Source: Puniceicoccaceae bacterium (GTDB lineage Bacteria; Verrucomicrobiota; Verrucomicrobiia; Opitutales; Oceanipulchritudinaceae). Taken from it: 64,000 nt of DNA. The position numbers and the translations under genes were made by a program. The stretch covers positions 96,001-160,000 of the forward strand of contig JBFOMH010000003.1 in assembly GCA_040830765.1 (NCBI GenBank), read 5' to 3'. Each line of letters opens with the position of its first letter. Position 1 is the stretch's first letter. Of the stretch, positions 51,835-61,629 are shown in pieces. The notes beneath the pieces were generated by a model. The model saw only the letters and a list, made by a program, of their open reading frames with translations. It did not search any database and was not told where the DNA came from.

Positions 51835-51898
51835 AATTTATCCCATTTTTCATCAGTGAAGAATGTTTAAAACTGCCCAGAATATGTTTAAAATTGAC
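51835..51898 (-). promoter_or_regulatory. Locus regulon site 4, in the region shared with the divergent AraC gene
   Basis: Minus strand GTCAATTTTAAACAT (51898-84), GGCAGTTTTAAACAT (51877-63), TAAATT (51840-35). Confidence 0.7.
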
Positions 51899-51943
51899 TT
51901 CACTATTTGATTGATCCCTCAATCCTGCCTAAATTGCCTGAAC

Positions 51944-52825
51944 ATGAAGTATGACATCAGTCTGGACAGCGAAGAGACCGGCAAGCGCATCCGGGACACA
52001 AAGATCTTCTTTTTTGACCTGAATCCGCCTGAAGATTCGGCGTTGAGCATCATCACTGCCGGTTGGGAACTCACCCGGCAGAATTATGATTTGCGCCGCG
52101 ACCATTATCCCTATCACACCATCGAGTTTATCGAATCCGGCTCCGGGACCTTCACTCTTGATGGAACAGATTATCCACTGGAACCGCACTCCATCCTGAC
52201 CTATCGCCCGAATCAGCAATACCAGATTACGACCGCACCGAAGTCACGAATGTCCAAGTACTGGATTTCAATTTCCGGGAGCGAGGTTGAATCCTTCTTC
52301 TCAGGCATCGAGGCAGTTGAATCCCCGGTCATTACCCTTAGGGATGCCCGATATGTACAGGATCTATTCCGGCAACTTGTTGATTATGCTGCCCGCTACA
52401 ACTTTGACACGGGATATGAGACCTGTCTGCTGGTTCTGAGGCTGGTTTTAAAGAGAATCCTGAACGACTGTGAAACAGCCCACCAGAAGCTGTCCGCTTC
52501 CTATAAGAAATACACCGAGTGCCTTGAATTCATGGAAAATAACGTGGCCAGGTTGGGCTCAGTCAATGAATTGGCTGCGGAGGTCAAAATCGACACTTCC
52601 TACCTGATCCGGCTCTTCAAGCGCTTCGATTCGGAATCCCCTTACAAGCGCCTCATCCGCCTCAAAGCCCGTGAGGCAGCTGAAATCCTCCTCTATTCAA
52701 GCAAATCCATACGGGAGGTTTCAGAGGAAATGGGCTTTGAAGACCAATTCATTTTTTCCAAATGCTTTAAACGTGTCTACGGGGTCTCCCCAAAGCATTT
52801 CCGAGACAACTTTGAGCGCGGATAA
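51944..52825 (+). CDS. AraC-family transcriptional regulator
   Basis: Cupin N-terminus (IEFIESGSG); C-terminal IREVSEEMGFEDQFIFSKCFKRVYGVSP. Confidence 0.92.
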   Translation: MKYDISLDSEETGKRIRDTKIFFFDLNPPEDSALSIITAGWELTRQNYDLRRDHYPYHTIEFIESGSGTFTLDGTDYPLEPHSILTYRPNQQYQITTAPKSRMSKYWISISGSEVESFFSGIEAVESPVITLRDARYVQDLFRQLVDYAARYNFDTGYETCLLVLRLVLKRILNDCETAHQKLSASYKKYTECLEFMENNVARLGSVNELAAEVKIDTSYLIRLFKRFDSESPYKRLIRLKAREAAEILLYSSKSIREVSEEMGFEDQFIFSKCFKRVYGVSPKHFRDNFERG

Positions 52826-53044
52826 GCAACGTACTCAAGCCAGTAAGTGCCCGGCATTTGCAAGCAAACCTGCGAGAGATTGCTGTGCCCGTTCGATCAT
52901 TAATGAACACACTTCAACGGAAGACAGGGTAACAGTCCATCGCCTGCGGACGACTCTTCCGCTCCATACCTGAAATCTATCATAAGCCGCTGTTGCCTGA
53001 AGCAAGCCAATGGGCCATTGTCCGAAGGCGAAGGATTTGACAAA

Positions 53045-53070
53045 GTATTACTTTTTAAACTTAGTAATAC
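53045..53070. promoter_or_regulatory. Inverted repeat, probable vapBC operator
   Basis: GTATTACT-N10-AGTAATAC between TTGACA (53037-42) and the ATG at 53072. Confidence 0.65.
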
Positions 53071-53071
53071 C

Positions 53072-53302
53072 ATGAAGTTGACGATCAAGGGACAGGTGAC
53101 GATTCCGAAGAAGTACCGCCAGCGGTATGGCTTGGCCCCGCACACGGAAGTTGTCTTCGAGGAGGCGCCGGGCGGGGTGCTGATCCGGCCGGCCGGCCCG
53201 GTACGGCAGCAGAAGCTGCGACGGGCGCTGAAGCAGGTCCGCGGCATGGCGGACGCAGGAATGGGGACGGATGAGGTTATGAGGATGACGCGGGAGGATT
53301 GA
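53072..53302 (+). CDS. AbrB/MazE-fold antitoxin (VapB)
   Basis: MKLTIKGQVTIPKKYR..YGL. Confidence 0.9.
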   Translation: MKLTIKGQVTIPKKYRQRYGLAPHTEVVFEEAPGGVLIRPAGPVRQQKLRRALKQVRGMADAGMGTDEVMRMTRED

Positions 53303-53713
53303 GTGAAGAGGGTCCTCATCGATGCCAATGTCCTGATTGACGTCTTCACGGATGATCCCGATTGGGCGGACTGGTCGGTTCAAGCATTGGAGGAGGTGGC
53401 AACCGGGGGGCAGGTCCTGATCAATCCGATCATCTACGCGGAAGTTTCAATTGCCTTCAAGAGCGTAAAGCGCCTGGACACGGCCTTGGACAAGCTGGGC
53501 ATCGAACGGGCCGAGCTCCCCTACCCGGCTGCCTTCCTGGCTGGAAAAGCCTTTCTCAAATACCGCCAGCGCGGCGGCCTGAAACGTTCACCGCTGCCCG
53601 ACTTTTATATCGGGGCTCACGCGCAACAGGCCGGTTTTGCGATACTGACGAGGGATGCAAACCGATACCGGACCTACTTCCCGAAAGTGAAGCTGATCTG
53701 TCCAAAGGGCTGA
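53303..53713 (+). CDS. PIN-domain toxin (VapC)
   Basis: LIDANVLID, NPIIYAEV, PLPDFYIGAHA, LTRD. Confidence 0.92.
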   Translation: MKRVLIDANVLIDVFTDDPDWADWSVQALEEVATGGQVLINPIIYAEVSIAFKSVKRLDTALDKLGIERAELPYPAAFLAGKAFLKYRQRGGLKRSPLPDFYIGAHAQQAGFAILTRDANRYRTYFPKVKLICPKG

Positions 53714-53818
53714 AGAGGCGGATGCAACTACCGCCATCGCAGTTGCGGAGATTACCTACCCGGCTTCCCCGGCAAAAATTTCGCCAAATCAAACGAACCG
53801 GCCCTACGCGCCACCCTT

Positions 53819-55444
53819 CTAGTCCGTCCTGATATCCACGCTCCGGAACAGGAAAGGATTGTCACTCACCCGGAGCGGTTTGCCGCTGTCGATGGTTACC
53901 TCCTTGAGGACGACTTCTTTGGTCGTCACATAGGGAAACTTTTCAATGTATGAGGCATCGGTATTTTCCGGATTAAACTCCGCGAAGATGGCCGGGCCCG
54001 GATACTCCTCCGGGTGCACGGAATCCTGGATGTGCAGGTTTTCGATAATGATACGTTCCGGCATGTAACAAGTATACCCGAAGTCATGCTGCCCGGAATA
54101 GGTTCCGTTGATAAGGACCCCACTGCTATTTTGGCCAAACGTGGGAACGAACACGCAATTGCGGATGATGACATCCCCTTGCCAGGTGCTGCCATAATCG
54201 GCCCGCAGGTTGAAGAAATGGCTGCAGTGGATGGTGGTGTTTTCAATGATGAAGGTTCCCGTGCCGATGGCATTGATGCCCATGTGGCCCAGGGTCGAGT
54301 TGCGGATAGTTGCATTGGCAACGCCCCTGTGGGCATCAAACCGGGACAAGGCGCAGCGGTCATAGACCAGGTTCTTGCAGTAGTTGGATCCCATGATCCC
54401 CCAATAGCGATCGTCCTTGATATCGTTGGTCTGACGGCAATTCACGAACGACACGTTGAGTGCCCGGGCAACCAGGATATCGTAGGTGCCCATGGAAACC
54501 GGTAGACCCGCCCTGCCGATGGTCCGGTAGGTCTTGTGTCCCGTCAAGACCGTGTTTTGCACGGTCACAAACGCACAGTCACTGATACTGATAAAACCTC
54601 CGTAGGGAGCTCCATGGTCGCCCTCGCCGGTGATGCGATGCTCAAAGCCATCCACCACTACATTGGAGCGCTGGATACCAATCCCCCGCTTGTAATAGGT
54701 GTACTTGGATTCCGCCTGGTTGGCGATAGTCGTGAAATGACCTCCGCTGATCGTCAGGACCTCGTCATCGATTGGACGTGCTGAAATTTCCGTTATCTGT
54801 TCGAAGTCCCAAATGATCGGGGTCCTTGGATCAACGGCACCATCCCGGCCAACAATAAATACGTCCAATTGCGAGGACCCCTTGTTCGGGTTGAGGCCGA
54901 AACGGATGTAATGCTTCCGGTTGTCGTTGGTGACGGTGACCAGACAGGACTGGGGCAGAGTGATGCCCAGGTCGGCCTGGTTTTTCTCCAGGCTTGAAAG
55001 TCCCGTGACTTCGAATGGCTCAAGGCTCGAGTCGACCATAAAGACGAAAGCCGAGCGGTTTTCCACTTTCCTATCGTCGATAATAAAGGCAGCCGAACCG
55101 AAGTCGGTATCGGTGCGTATCACTGCGGTCCGCTCCTTTCCGCCGATATAATAGGTTGCCCCGGAGTCAGCCTTAACTTTCAGGCCGTGCAGGTTGGCTA
55201 ACGCATGGGTGGCCGCGATGGCATCGATATCATCGGTCTTGCCATCCCCGACAGCACCGAGGTCGCTGTAGCGGACAAATCCCCGCGCCCTGAACTTATC
55301 GATATCATCATCGGAATGTTTGGTTGTGGATCTGTCTTCTGCATGGAGGCCGGAGTCAGCCTTTTCAATGACCGTCCCGGCCCTGCCAAGGGCCGCAAAG
55401 AGAAATCCTGAAACAAGAAGAAGGGGTAAGATCCGTGACTTCAT
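53819..55444 (-). CDS. Secreted beta-helix (pectin-lyase-like fold) protein
   Basis: Signal peptide; YSDLGAVGDGKTDD cap motif, LSRFDAH, beta-helix-like repeats. Confidence 0.65.
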   Translation of the reverse strand: MKSRILPLLLVSGFLFAALGRAGTVIEKADSGLHAEDRSTTKHSDDDIDKFRARGFVRYSDLGAVGDGKTDDIDAIAATHALANLHGLKVKADSGATYYIGGKERTAVIRTDTDFGSAAFIIDDRKVENRSAFVFMVDSSLEPFEVTGLSSLEKNQADLGITLPQSCLVTVTNDNRKHYIRFGLNPNKGSSQLDVFIVGRDGAVDPRTPIIWDFEQITEISARPIDDEVLTISGGHFTTIANQAESKYTYYKRGIGIQRSNVVVDGFEHRITGEGDHGAPYGGFISISDCAFVTVQNTVLTGHKTYRTIGRAGLPVSMGTYDILVARALNVSFVNCRQTNDIKDDRYWGIMGSNYCKNLVYDRCALSRFDAHRGVANATIRNSTLGHMGINAIGTGTFIIENTTIHCSHFFNLRADYGSTWQGDVIIRNCVFVPTFGQNSSGVLINGTYSGQHDFGYTCYMPERIIIENLHIQDSVHPEEYPGPAIFAEFNPENTDASYIEKFPYVTTKEVVLKEVTIDSGKPLRVSDNPFLFRSVDIRTD

Positions 55445-55513
55445 TATACTACCTGTCGGTAATATTGATTGAGATACGGAAAGCGAGTGGGAAGTGTCCG
55501 AGGCCCCAGCCGC

Positions 55514-56782
55514 TTAATCCTCATGCTTGAGCAGGCGCGGCTTCTTGACGGATTCCAGGAGGTGTTCAAAGTCGCCATCAAACGTCTTGGTGACGGGATT
55601 TCCGTTACGGCCCAGTCCCTCAAAGAGTCCGAGGTCAACGAGGTGCCAGATAACCGCCTTGGCCTGACCCTCATTGTTAAAAAGCCCAAAGTGGCTTTCC
55701 GAGCCGTCCACGGAACTGCTTTTCCATGGCTCGTCGAATGCCTGGAAATAGAAGCAGCTCATGCCGGCCGACTCCGTCCAGGCCCGCACTTCGTTATGAA
55801 ACAACATGGAGGTGTACTCATCCGCGGCATGGGTCCCTTCCGGCCCATAATGGGAATCGTCCCGGGTGGCCCAGCCGGTCTCGCCGATGTGGATGGCTTT
55901 CTCGACTCCATTGGCCAACATGTAGGCCCTCGCTGCTTCCAGTTGCGACTGCTGGTGGGCAACCGCCCGCTCGACCGCTCTCATCCGCTGTTCCTTCAAG
56001 GGGAGCTCTGCGTCCGTAGAGACCGCCCACTCGAATTCACGATTGTAGTAGGTATCATGAAAGGCATAGGTGTGCAGGGAAATGAAATCCAGCGTCCCCA
56101 GCAGCTCCACCAGGTCCGCATTGTGATATTGCTCCTCCCCGCCAAGGGCAGCCCAGTTGTCCGAAGTCGTGATCCACAAATCCCTATCCAGTTGCCCTTC
56201 CGCTCGGGCTGCCTTCAACACGCGAACCCACTTGAGGATAACCCCGGGAGCAACATGATGCGGTTGCCAGTGGACCATCGCCTCGTTCCCCACCGCGATG
56301 ATCTTCACGATGTCCGGGTAGGTCGCGGCCATTTCAATCGCCCGCTCGATTTCCAGGTTGTTGAATTCAACATCGCCCCGACTATGATCCACTTCCGGCG
56401 TATCTTCACCGAAACAGCGAATCCACGCCCCCAGCATGACGTACATTTCGAAGTCCGGATCCGCATCCTTCAATTCCCGGATCGCCGCCAACATGCGCTC
56501 CGTCTGCACGAATTCCTGCGTGTTGTAGGTCCGGATCAACCGGACCCCCATCGCCGCTATCAGCTGCATGTCCTCCTTCAACTCCTCCACCGTCGGCGCA
56601 ATCGCATTGTCCCGCTCTGTCACCCGCCAGCCGGAATAACTCATCGCCGGATAGGCGGGATTGCCAAGGATCGCCTCCGCCGTCGGCTCATCGGAGGTCA
56701 ATTTGCAACCGGATGTCAGTAGCAGCACGACGCCAGCTGCCAGAAGTTGCAGGGTAGCTTTGCGGATTCTTCGGGTCTTCAT
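55514..56782 (-). CDS. GH17-family beta-1,3-glucanase, lipoprotein
   Basis: Lipobox TSGC; LIRTY, IIAVGNE, IHIGETGW, YFQAFDEPWK, ESHFGLF. Confidence 0.85.
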   Translation of the reverse strand: MKTRRIRKATLQLLAAGVVLLLTSGCKLTSDEPTAEAILGNPAYPAMSYSGWRVTERDNAIAPTVEELKEDMQLIAAMGVRLIRTYNTQEFVQTERMLAAIRELKDADPDFEMYVMLGAWIRCFGEDTPEVDHSRGDVEFNNLEIERAIEMAATYPDIVKIIAVGNEAMVHWQPHHVAPGVILKWVRVLKAARAEGQLDRDLWITTSDNWAALGGEEQYHNADLVELLGTLDFISLHTYAFHDTYYNREFEWAVSTDAELPLKEQRMRAVERAVAHQQSQLEAARAYMLANGVEKAIHIGETGWATRDDSHYGPEGTHAADEYTSMLFHNEVRAWTESAGMSCFYFQAFDEPWKSSSVDGSESHFGLFNNEGQAKAVIWHLVDLGLFEGLGRNGNPVTKTFDGDFEHLLESVKKPRLLKHED

Positions 56783-56940
56783 CGGTATTCAGGAGTGTAA
56801 TCATTCCTATCCATTGTGGGCCGCGCAGTCTTGTCAATAGCAATCCTGCATAATAATGCATAATATGGGTGGGCCGGGAGATTCTACAGTAAATCGGGGG
56901 GAGGCTTTGCCACCGGACGGTGCGAACTAGGCTTAAACAG

Positions 56941-58326
56941 GTGAAGAAGCAATTTCCGGAAGATTTCGCATGGGGAACGGCCACGGCCAGTTACCAGATT
57001 GAGGGCGGCTGGCTGGAAGGCGGTAAAGGACTGTCGATCTGGGACGCCTTCGCCCACCTGCCGGGCAAAATCAAGCAGGGACACACCGGGGACGTCACCT
57101 GCGACCACTTCCACCGCTTTCGGGAAGACGTGAAACTTATGGCGGAACAGGGCTTGAAGGCCTATCGGTTCTCCATCGCCTGGTCGCGGATATACCCGCA
57201 GGGCCGGGGAGCAGTGAGCGAGGACGGTATCCGGTTCTATTCGGACCTGATTGATGAGCTTCTCAAACACGGCATTGTTCCCTGGGTCACGCTGTACCAC
57301 TGGGACCTTCCCCTGGCCCTTGAACTGGAGGAGGACGGCTGGCGCAACCCGGACATCGCGGACCACTTTGCTGACTATGCCAGGACCTGCTTTGCGGCTT
57401 TTGGCGATCGGGTAAAGCACTGGATCACCCTCAACGAGCCGTGGGTGGTCGCCATCTTCGGCCATGGCAACGGAATCATGGCCCCGGGCCGGAGCTCCAA
57501 TGACGAACCCTATTTGGCGGCGCACAACCTGCTCCGCTCCCATGCCCGGGCAGTGGACGTCTACCGCAAAGAGTTCCAGGCATCCCAAGGCGGAAAAATC
57601 GGCATCACCAACAACTGCGACTGGCGCGAGCCACTGACCGATTCCCCTGAGGACAAGGCAGCAGCCCTGCGGGCACTGGAGTTCTTCCTCGGCTGGTTTG
57701 CCGACCCGGTCTATTTTGGGGACTATCCGGAGGTGATGAAAGAGCGCGTCGGTGACCGTCTGCCGGAATTCAGCGAAGCGGACAAGGCGTTGTTGAAAGG
57801 TTCAAGTGACTTTTTTGGACTGAATCACTACACAACCTTGTATGCGTCGGAAATGACCGAGGCCAACCGCGGAGAATCGGATCCCTACGGGAATGGGGGC
57901 ATCTCGGAAGACCAGGATGTCATTCTGACCAGTGATCCGACTTGGGAAAGGACCATCATGGGCTGGAACATCGTTCCCTGGGGCTGCCGCAAGCTGCTCC
58001 ACTGGATCGACCAGCGGTACGGATCGCCTGATATTGTTATTACCGAGAATGGATGTTCGCTGGAGGATGAATGTGTGGATGGGGTCGTCGATGACCCGGC
58101 CCGAATTGCCTTCCTGCAAGGATATCTGGAGGAATGCCACAAAGCCATCGAGGAAGGCATCCGCCTGAAGGGCTACTTCATTTGGAGCTTCATGGACAAC
58201 TTCGAATGGGCCCATGGATTCACCCAGCGTTTTGGTATCAACTACGTCGATTACAGCACCGGGGAACGAATCCCCAAGGCCTCGGCGAAGTGGTACGCCT
58301 CGGTCATTGAAAGGAACGGATTATGA
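56941..58326 (+). CDS. Beta-glucosidase (GH1)
   Basis: FPEDFAWGTATASYQIEG, YRFSIAWSR, TLYHWDLP, TLNEP, ITENG, DNFEW. Confidence 0.96.
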   Translation: MKKQFPEDFAWGTATASYQIEGGWLEGGKGLSIWDAFAHLPGKIKQGHTGDVTCDHFHRFREDVKLMAEQGLKAYRFSIAWSRIYPQGRGAVSEDGIRFYSDLIDELLKHGIVPWVTLYHWDLPLALELEEDGWRNPDIADHFADYARTCFAAFGDRVKHWITLNEPWVVAIFGHGNGIMAPGRSSNDEPYLAAHNLLRSHARAVDVYRKEFQASQGGKIGITNNCDWREPLTDSPEDKAAALRALEFFLGWFADPVYFGDYPEVMKERVGDRLPEFSEADKALLKGSSDFFGLNHYTTLYASEMTEANRGESDPYGNGGISEDQDVILTSDPTWERTIMGWNIVPWGCRKLLHWIDQRYGSPDIVITENGCSLEDECVDGVVDDPARIAFLQGYLEECHKAIEEGIRLKGYFIWSFMDNFEWAHGFTQRFGINYVDYSTGERIPKASAKWYASVIERNGL

Positions 58327-59684
58327 TGGAGAACCAACACCAGAAACTGCCTGTCAGGGAGAAAATCGCCTATGGTCTTGGCGATACCGCCGCCAACCTT
58401 GTCTGGCGCACCCTGATGGTCTTTCTCCCCATCTTTTACACGGACGTCTTCGGGCTCTCCGCAGCCGCTGTGGGCACCCTCCTGCTGGTCAGTCGCTACG
58501 GTGATGGCATCTCCGATTTCCTGGTAGGGATACTGGCGGATCGCAGCAATTCCCGCTGGGGCAAGTTCCGTCCATGGATTCTCTTCACCGCCGTCCCCTT
58601 TGGTGTCCTGACAGTCATGACCTTCACGACCCCGGAACTTGGGCCGACCGGTAAGCTCATTTATGCCTATGTCACTTACAACGCCCTCCTGATTGTCTTT
58701 ACGGCCAACAATGTCCCCTACTCCGCCCTCACGGGCGTCATTTCCAGCAGCCCGCAGGAACGGACCATCCTCACTTCCTACCGGTTCTTTTTCGCCTTTT
58801 TCGGAGCCATCCTCATTCAGGGATTCAATAACAAACTGGTCGCCTACTTCGGCCAAGGGGATGATGTGGCAGGCTACCGTGCCACCATGATGCTTTTCGC
58901 CGTCATTGCGGTCATCCTCTTTGTCATCACTTTCCTCGGAACCAAGGAACGGGTCGTCGCCCCGAAGCATGACAAGCTAGAATTGAAGGCGGACCTGAAG
59001 GATCTGATGAAGAACAAGCCCTGGATGATCCTCTTTTGCGTCGGGCTGTCCTTCGTCACGCTGACAACCCTCAAGCAGGGCATTACGATGTATTATTTCA
59101 GTTACTACATCGGCAATGTTTCCATGGCAGCCATCTTCATGGTTGTCAGTACCTTTGCGGCGTTGATTGGAGCGGTCCTTGCCGGTCCCCTGTCTGTCCG
59201 GCTAGGCAAACAAAAGCTGATGCGCTACAGCTTCACGCTCGCTGCCATCTCCAGTGCCGCCCTGTATGTTGCCCGCCCAACCGACATCGGTCTCATCTTC
59301 GGGTTAAGCATGCTGACAGAGCTGGCCACCGGTCCCATTGTGGTCCTCTTCTTCGCCATGCTGGCGGACGCCGCTGACTTCTCCGAATGGAAGAACCATC
59401 GCCGTGCCACCGGGCTGGTCTACTCGGCCGGCACTCTCTCGATAAAGTTCGGCACCGGTGTGGGCGGCGCACTGACCGGATGGACCCTGGCCATCGTCGG
59501 CTACACTGCCAATGTTGCCCAGACCGAGGAGTCACTCATGGGCATCCGCCTATTGATCAGCGTTTTCCCAGCGGCAGCAGCCCTGCTCGGGCTCGTCGCC
59601 TTCCATTTCTATCCGATTGATGAAGGTCTCCTTAAGGAAATTAAGGATAAGCTCACGGAACGCCACCAAGCGAGTGTGTCCTGA
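58323..59684 (+). CDS. GPH-family (MFS) glycoside:cation symporter
   Basis: EKIAYGLGD, FYTDVFGL, SRWGKFRPW, NVPYSAL, RRATGL. Confidence 0.92.
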   Translation: MMENQHQKLPVREKIAYGLGDTAANLVWRTLMVFLPIFYTDVFGLSAAAVGTLLLVSRYGDGISDFLVGILADRSNSRWGKFRPWILFTAVPFGVLTVMTFTTPELGPTGKLIYAYVTYNALLIVFTANNVPYSALTGVISSSPQERTILTSYRFFFAFFGAILIQGFNNKLVAYFGQGDDVAGYRATMMLFAVIAVILFVITFLGTKERVVAPKHDKLELKADLKDLMKNKPWMILFCVGLSFVTLTTLKQGITMYYFSYYIGNVSMAAIFMVVSTFAALIGAVLAGPLSVRLGKQKLMRYSFTLAAISSAALYVARPTDIGLIFGLSMLTELATGPIVVLFFAMLADAADFSEWKNHRRATGLVYSAGTLSIKFGTGVGGALTGWTLAIVGYTANVAQTEESLMGIRLLISVFPAAAALLGLVAFHFYPIDEGLLKEIKDKLTERHQASVS

Positions 59685-59756
59685 TTCCACTCCGTCTGGA
59701 AAAGCCTTGCAGGCAGGCAGTTGGGTGATAATCAAGAGATTGATCCCATTGCTGAA

Positions 59757-60386
59757 ATGAACCCAAGCCTGAAATCAACATTCCTTAAGATCACGATCCA
59801 CTACGCCATCCTGATCTTGCTGGCTTCCATCGTGTTCAACCTATTCCCTGGCTTTGTCGAATACTTGCCCGTGGGGACGGCGGAACGGCTCTTCTCCTAT
59901 CCCGGGGAGCTCGAACTGGAGTCATCCGCCTTTAGCGGTCGCTTACCGGACGGATCCTCAGCGGACTACGCCCTGTTCTTTTCGATTTGCTTTCTTATGT
60001 CGTTGATCCTGGCCATCCCTCTCGGCACGACCTTCCTCGCCACCCGGAGACAAAGCAAGAAAAGCACCTCCCTTGCCAAGATGATTGTCATCCTGCCACT
60101 CGTCGTCACGGGGTTGGTCCTCATTGTGCAAAACAGCCTTGCCCTTGCCTTCAGCCTGGCCGGCGTGGTGGCCGGATCGGGCATCCGGTTCCGCACCAAC
60201 ATGCAGGAGTTTACCGACACCCTATTTTTTCTGGTCAGCATCGGCATAGGGCTCTCGGCCGGCGTCGGGGCCCTTGGGGTGTCGTTCCAGATGTCCCTGT
60301 TTTTCTGCTATGCATTCCTCATCGCACATGCCATCGGGTATGGAGAAGTCGATCCGGATCCGCAGCCGGAACCGGAGGATTCCTGA
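59757..60386 (+). CDS. DUF4956-family membrane protein
   Basis: LIVQNSLALAFSLAGVVAG..IRFR, FFLVSIGIGLSAG. Confidence 0.75.
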   Translation: MNPSLKSTFLKITIHYAILILLASIVFNLFPGFVEYLPVGTAERLFSYPGELELESSAFSGRLPDGSSADYALFFSICFLMSLILAIPLGTTFLATRRQSKKSTSLAKMIVILPLVVTGLVLIVQNSLALAFSLAGVVAGSGIRFRTNMQEFTDTLFFLVSIGIGLSAGVGALGVSFQMSLFFCYAFLIAHAIGYGEVDPDPQPEPEDS

Positions 60387-60417
60387 CCAACAGGACCGGA
60401 TTACAGCCACTGGTTTC

Positions 60418-61629
60418 ATGAACATTGTTTACCATACCCGTTTGACGGCCCTGATCTTCATCCTTTTGGGCTTGTTGGCCTTGACGGAGGCCCGGGCCGC
60501 TCCCGAGCCGACCACTTCACGGGAACCTTTCAACCGGCGGATTGTGGTCATTGGCGACATCCACGGAAACCATGACGGCCTGCTGGAATTGCTCCAGCTC
60601 GCCGGGGTGACCGACGAACGGGGCCGCTGGACCGGGGGCAAGACGCATTTCGTCCAACTGGGAGACATCCCGGATCGCGGCGACGACACCCTCGAGGCAA
60701 TCAAGTTCCTGCGCAGACTGGAGCGCAATGCCCGCCGCAATGGCGGGCGGGTGCACATCCTCATTGGCAACCACGACGCCATGAACGTGTATGGGGATCT
60801 CCGCTACGTCACTGATGGGGAATTCCGGGCCTTCGCCGAAAAGCAGTCCAAAAAGCGCCTCGAGACCTTGTTCAAGGATGAGACAGCCTGGATCCGGGCG
60901 AACGTGCCGGAAGAAGAGTGGCCCGAATTTGATGAAACATACAGGGAGAAGTGGTTTGCTGCCCGGCCACCCGGATTCCTTGAGCATCGATGGAACTGGC
61001 TCCCGGACGGGGAGATCGGCGAGTGGGTGCGTTCGCGTCCGATCGTCCTTAAACTGGGCAACACTCTCTTTGTCCACGGCGGCCTGAGCCCGCGTTATGC
61101 AGACTGGTCCGTCAAGGACCTGAACAAGGCCGCCAGCGAGGCGCTGTCCGACGTGACCAAGGTAAAAGGCACCCTTCTCCGCGATCCCGAAGGTCCGTTA
61201 TGGTACCGGGGCCTGGCACAGCATCGGGAGGAAACGGAATGGCCCCATGTCGAACGACTTTTGGAAAACTTCGATGTCGACCGGATTGTTATTGGGCATA
61301 CGCCTACCGGCGGTGTCATCCTGCCCCGTTTTGGCGGTCGGGTGATCCTCGCCGACACCGGCCTCAGCACCTATTACGGCGAATACCTGGCCTGCCTCGT
61401 GATCGAGGGCAACCAACTCTATGCCTTGCACCGGGATGGACAGGTGCCGATTCCTGCAAGCGCGGGAACAAAGGAGTTGAAAACCTACCTGCAGGCGGTC
61501 CTCGACCTGGAAGACGAGAATCCACACATCAAGAGGCGGTTGCGGTTATTGGACATCCAAGAAGATCCTGGGGAGGATACCCATATCCCCGATACTGCCA
61601 TCGAGCCCGTCGAAACGGAAAGCCCCTAG
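60418..61629 (+). CDS. Secreted metallophosphoesterase (Shewanella-like PPP phosphatase)
   Basis: Signal peptide; GDIHG, GDIPDRG, GNHD, HGG, GPLWYRG, GHT, DTG. Confidence 0.88.
   Translation: MNIVYHTRLTALIFILLGLLALTEARAAPEPTTSREPFNRRIVVIGDIHGNHDGLLELLQLAGVTDERGRWTGGKTHFVQLGDIPDRGDDTLEAIKFLRRLERNARRNGGRVHILIGNHDAMNVYGDLRYVTDGEFRAFAEKQSKKRLETLFKDETAWIRANVPEEEWPEFDETYREKWFAARPPGFLEHRWNWLPDGEIGEWVRSRPIVLKLGNTLFVHGGLSPRYADWSVKDLNKAASEALSDVTKVKGTLLRDPEGPLWYRGLAQHREETEWPHVERLLENFDVDRIVIGHTPTGGVILPRFGGRVILADTGLSTYYGEYLACLVIEGNQLYALHRDGQVPIPASAGTKELKTYLQAVLDLEDENPHIKRRLRLLDIQEDPGEDTHIPDTAIEPVETESP

Noticed and set aside
52826..53818. A tRNA-derived att repeat closing the whole polysaccharide locus on the right
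   Set aside because: No copy of the tRNA-Lys 3' end found by eye; the right boundary rests only on gene content and vapBC.
55469..56722. 417-aa plus-strand ORF
   Set aside because: Antisense shadow of the GH17 gene in high-GC DNA, with no recognisable motifs.
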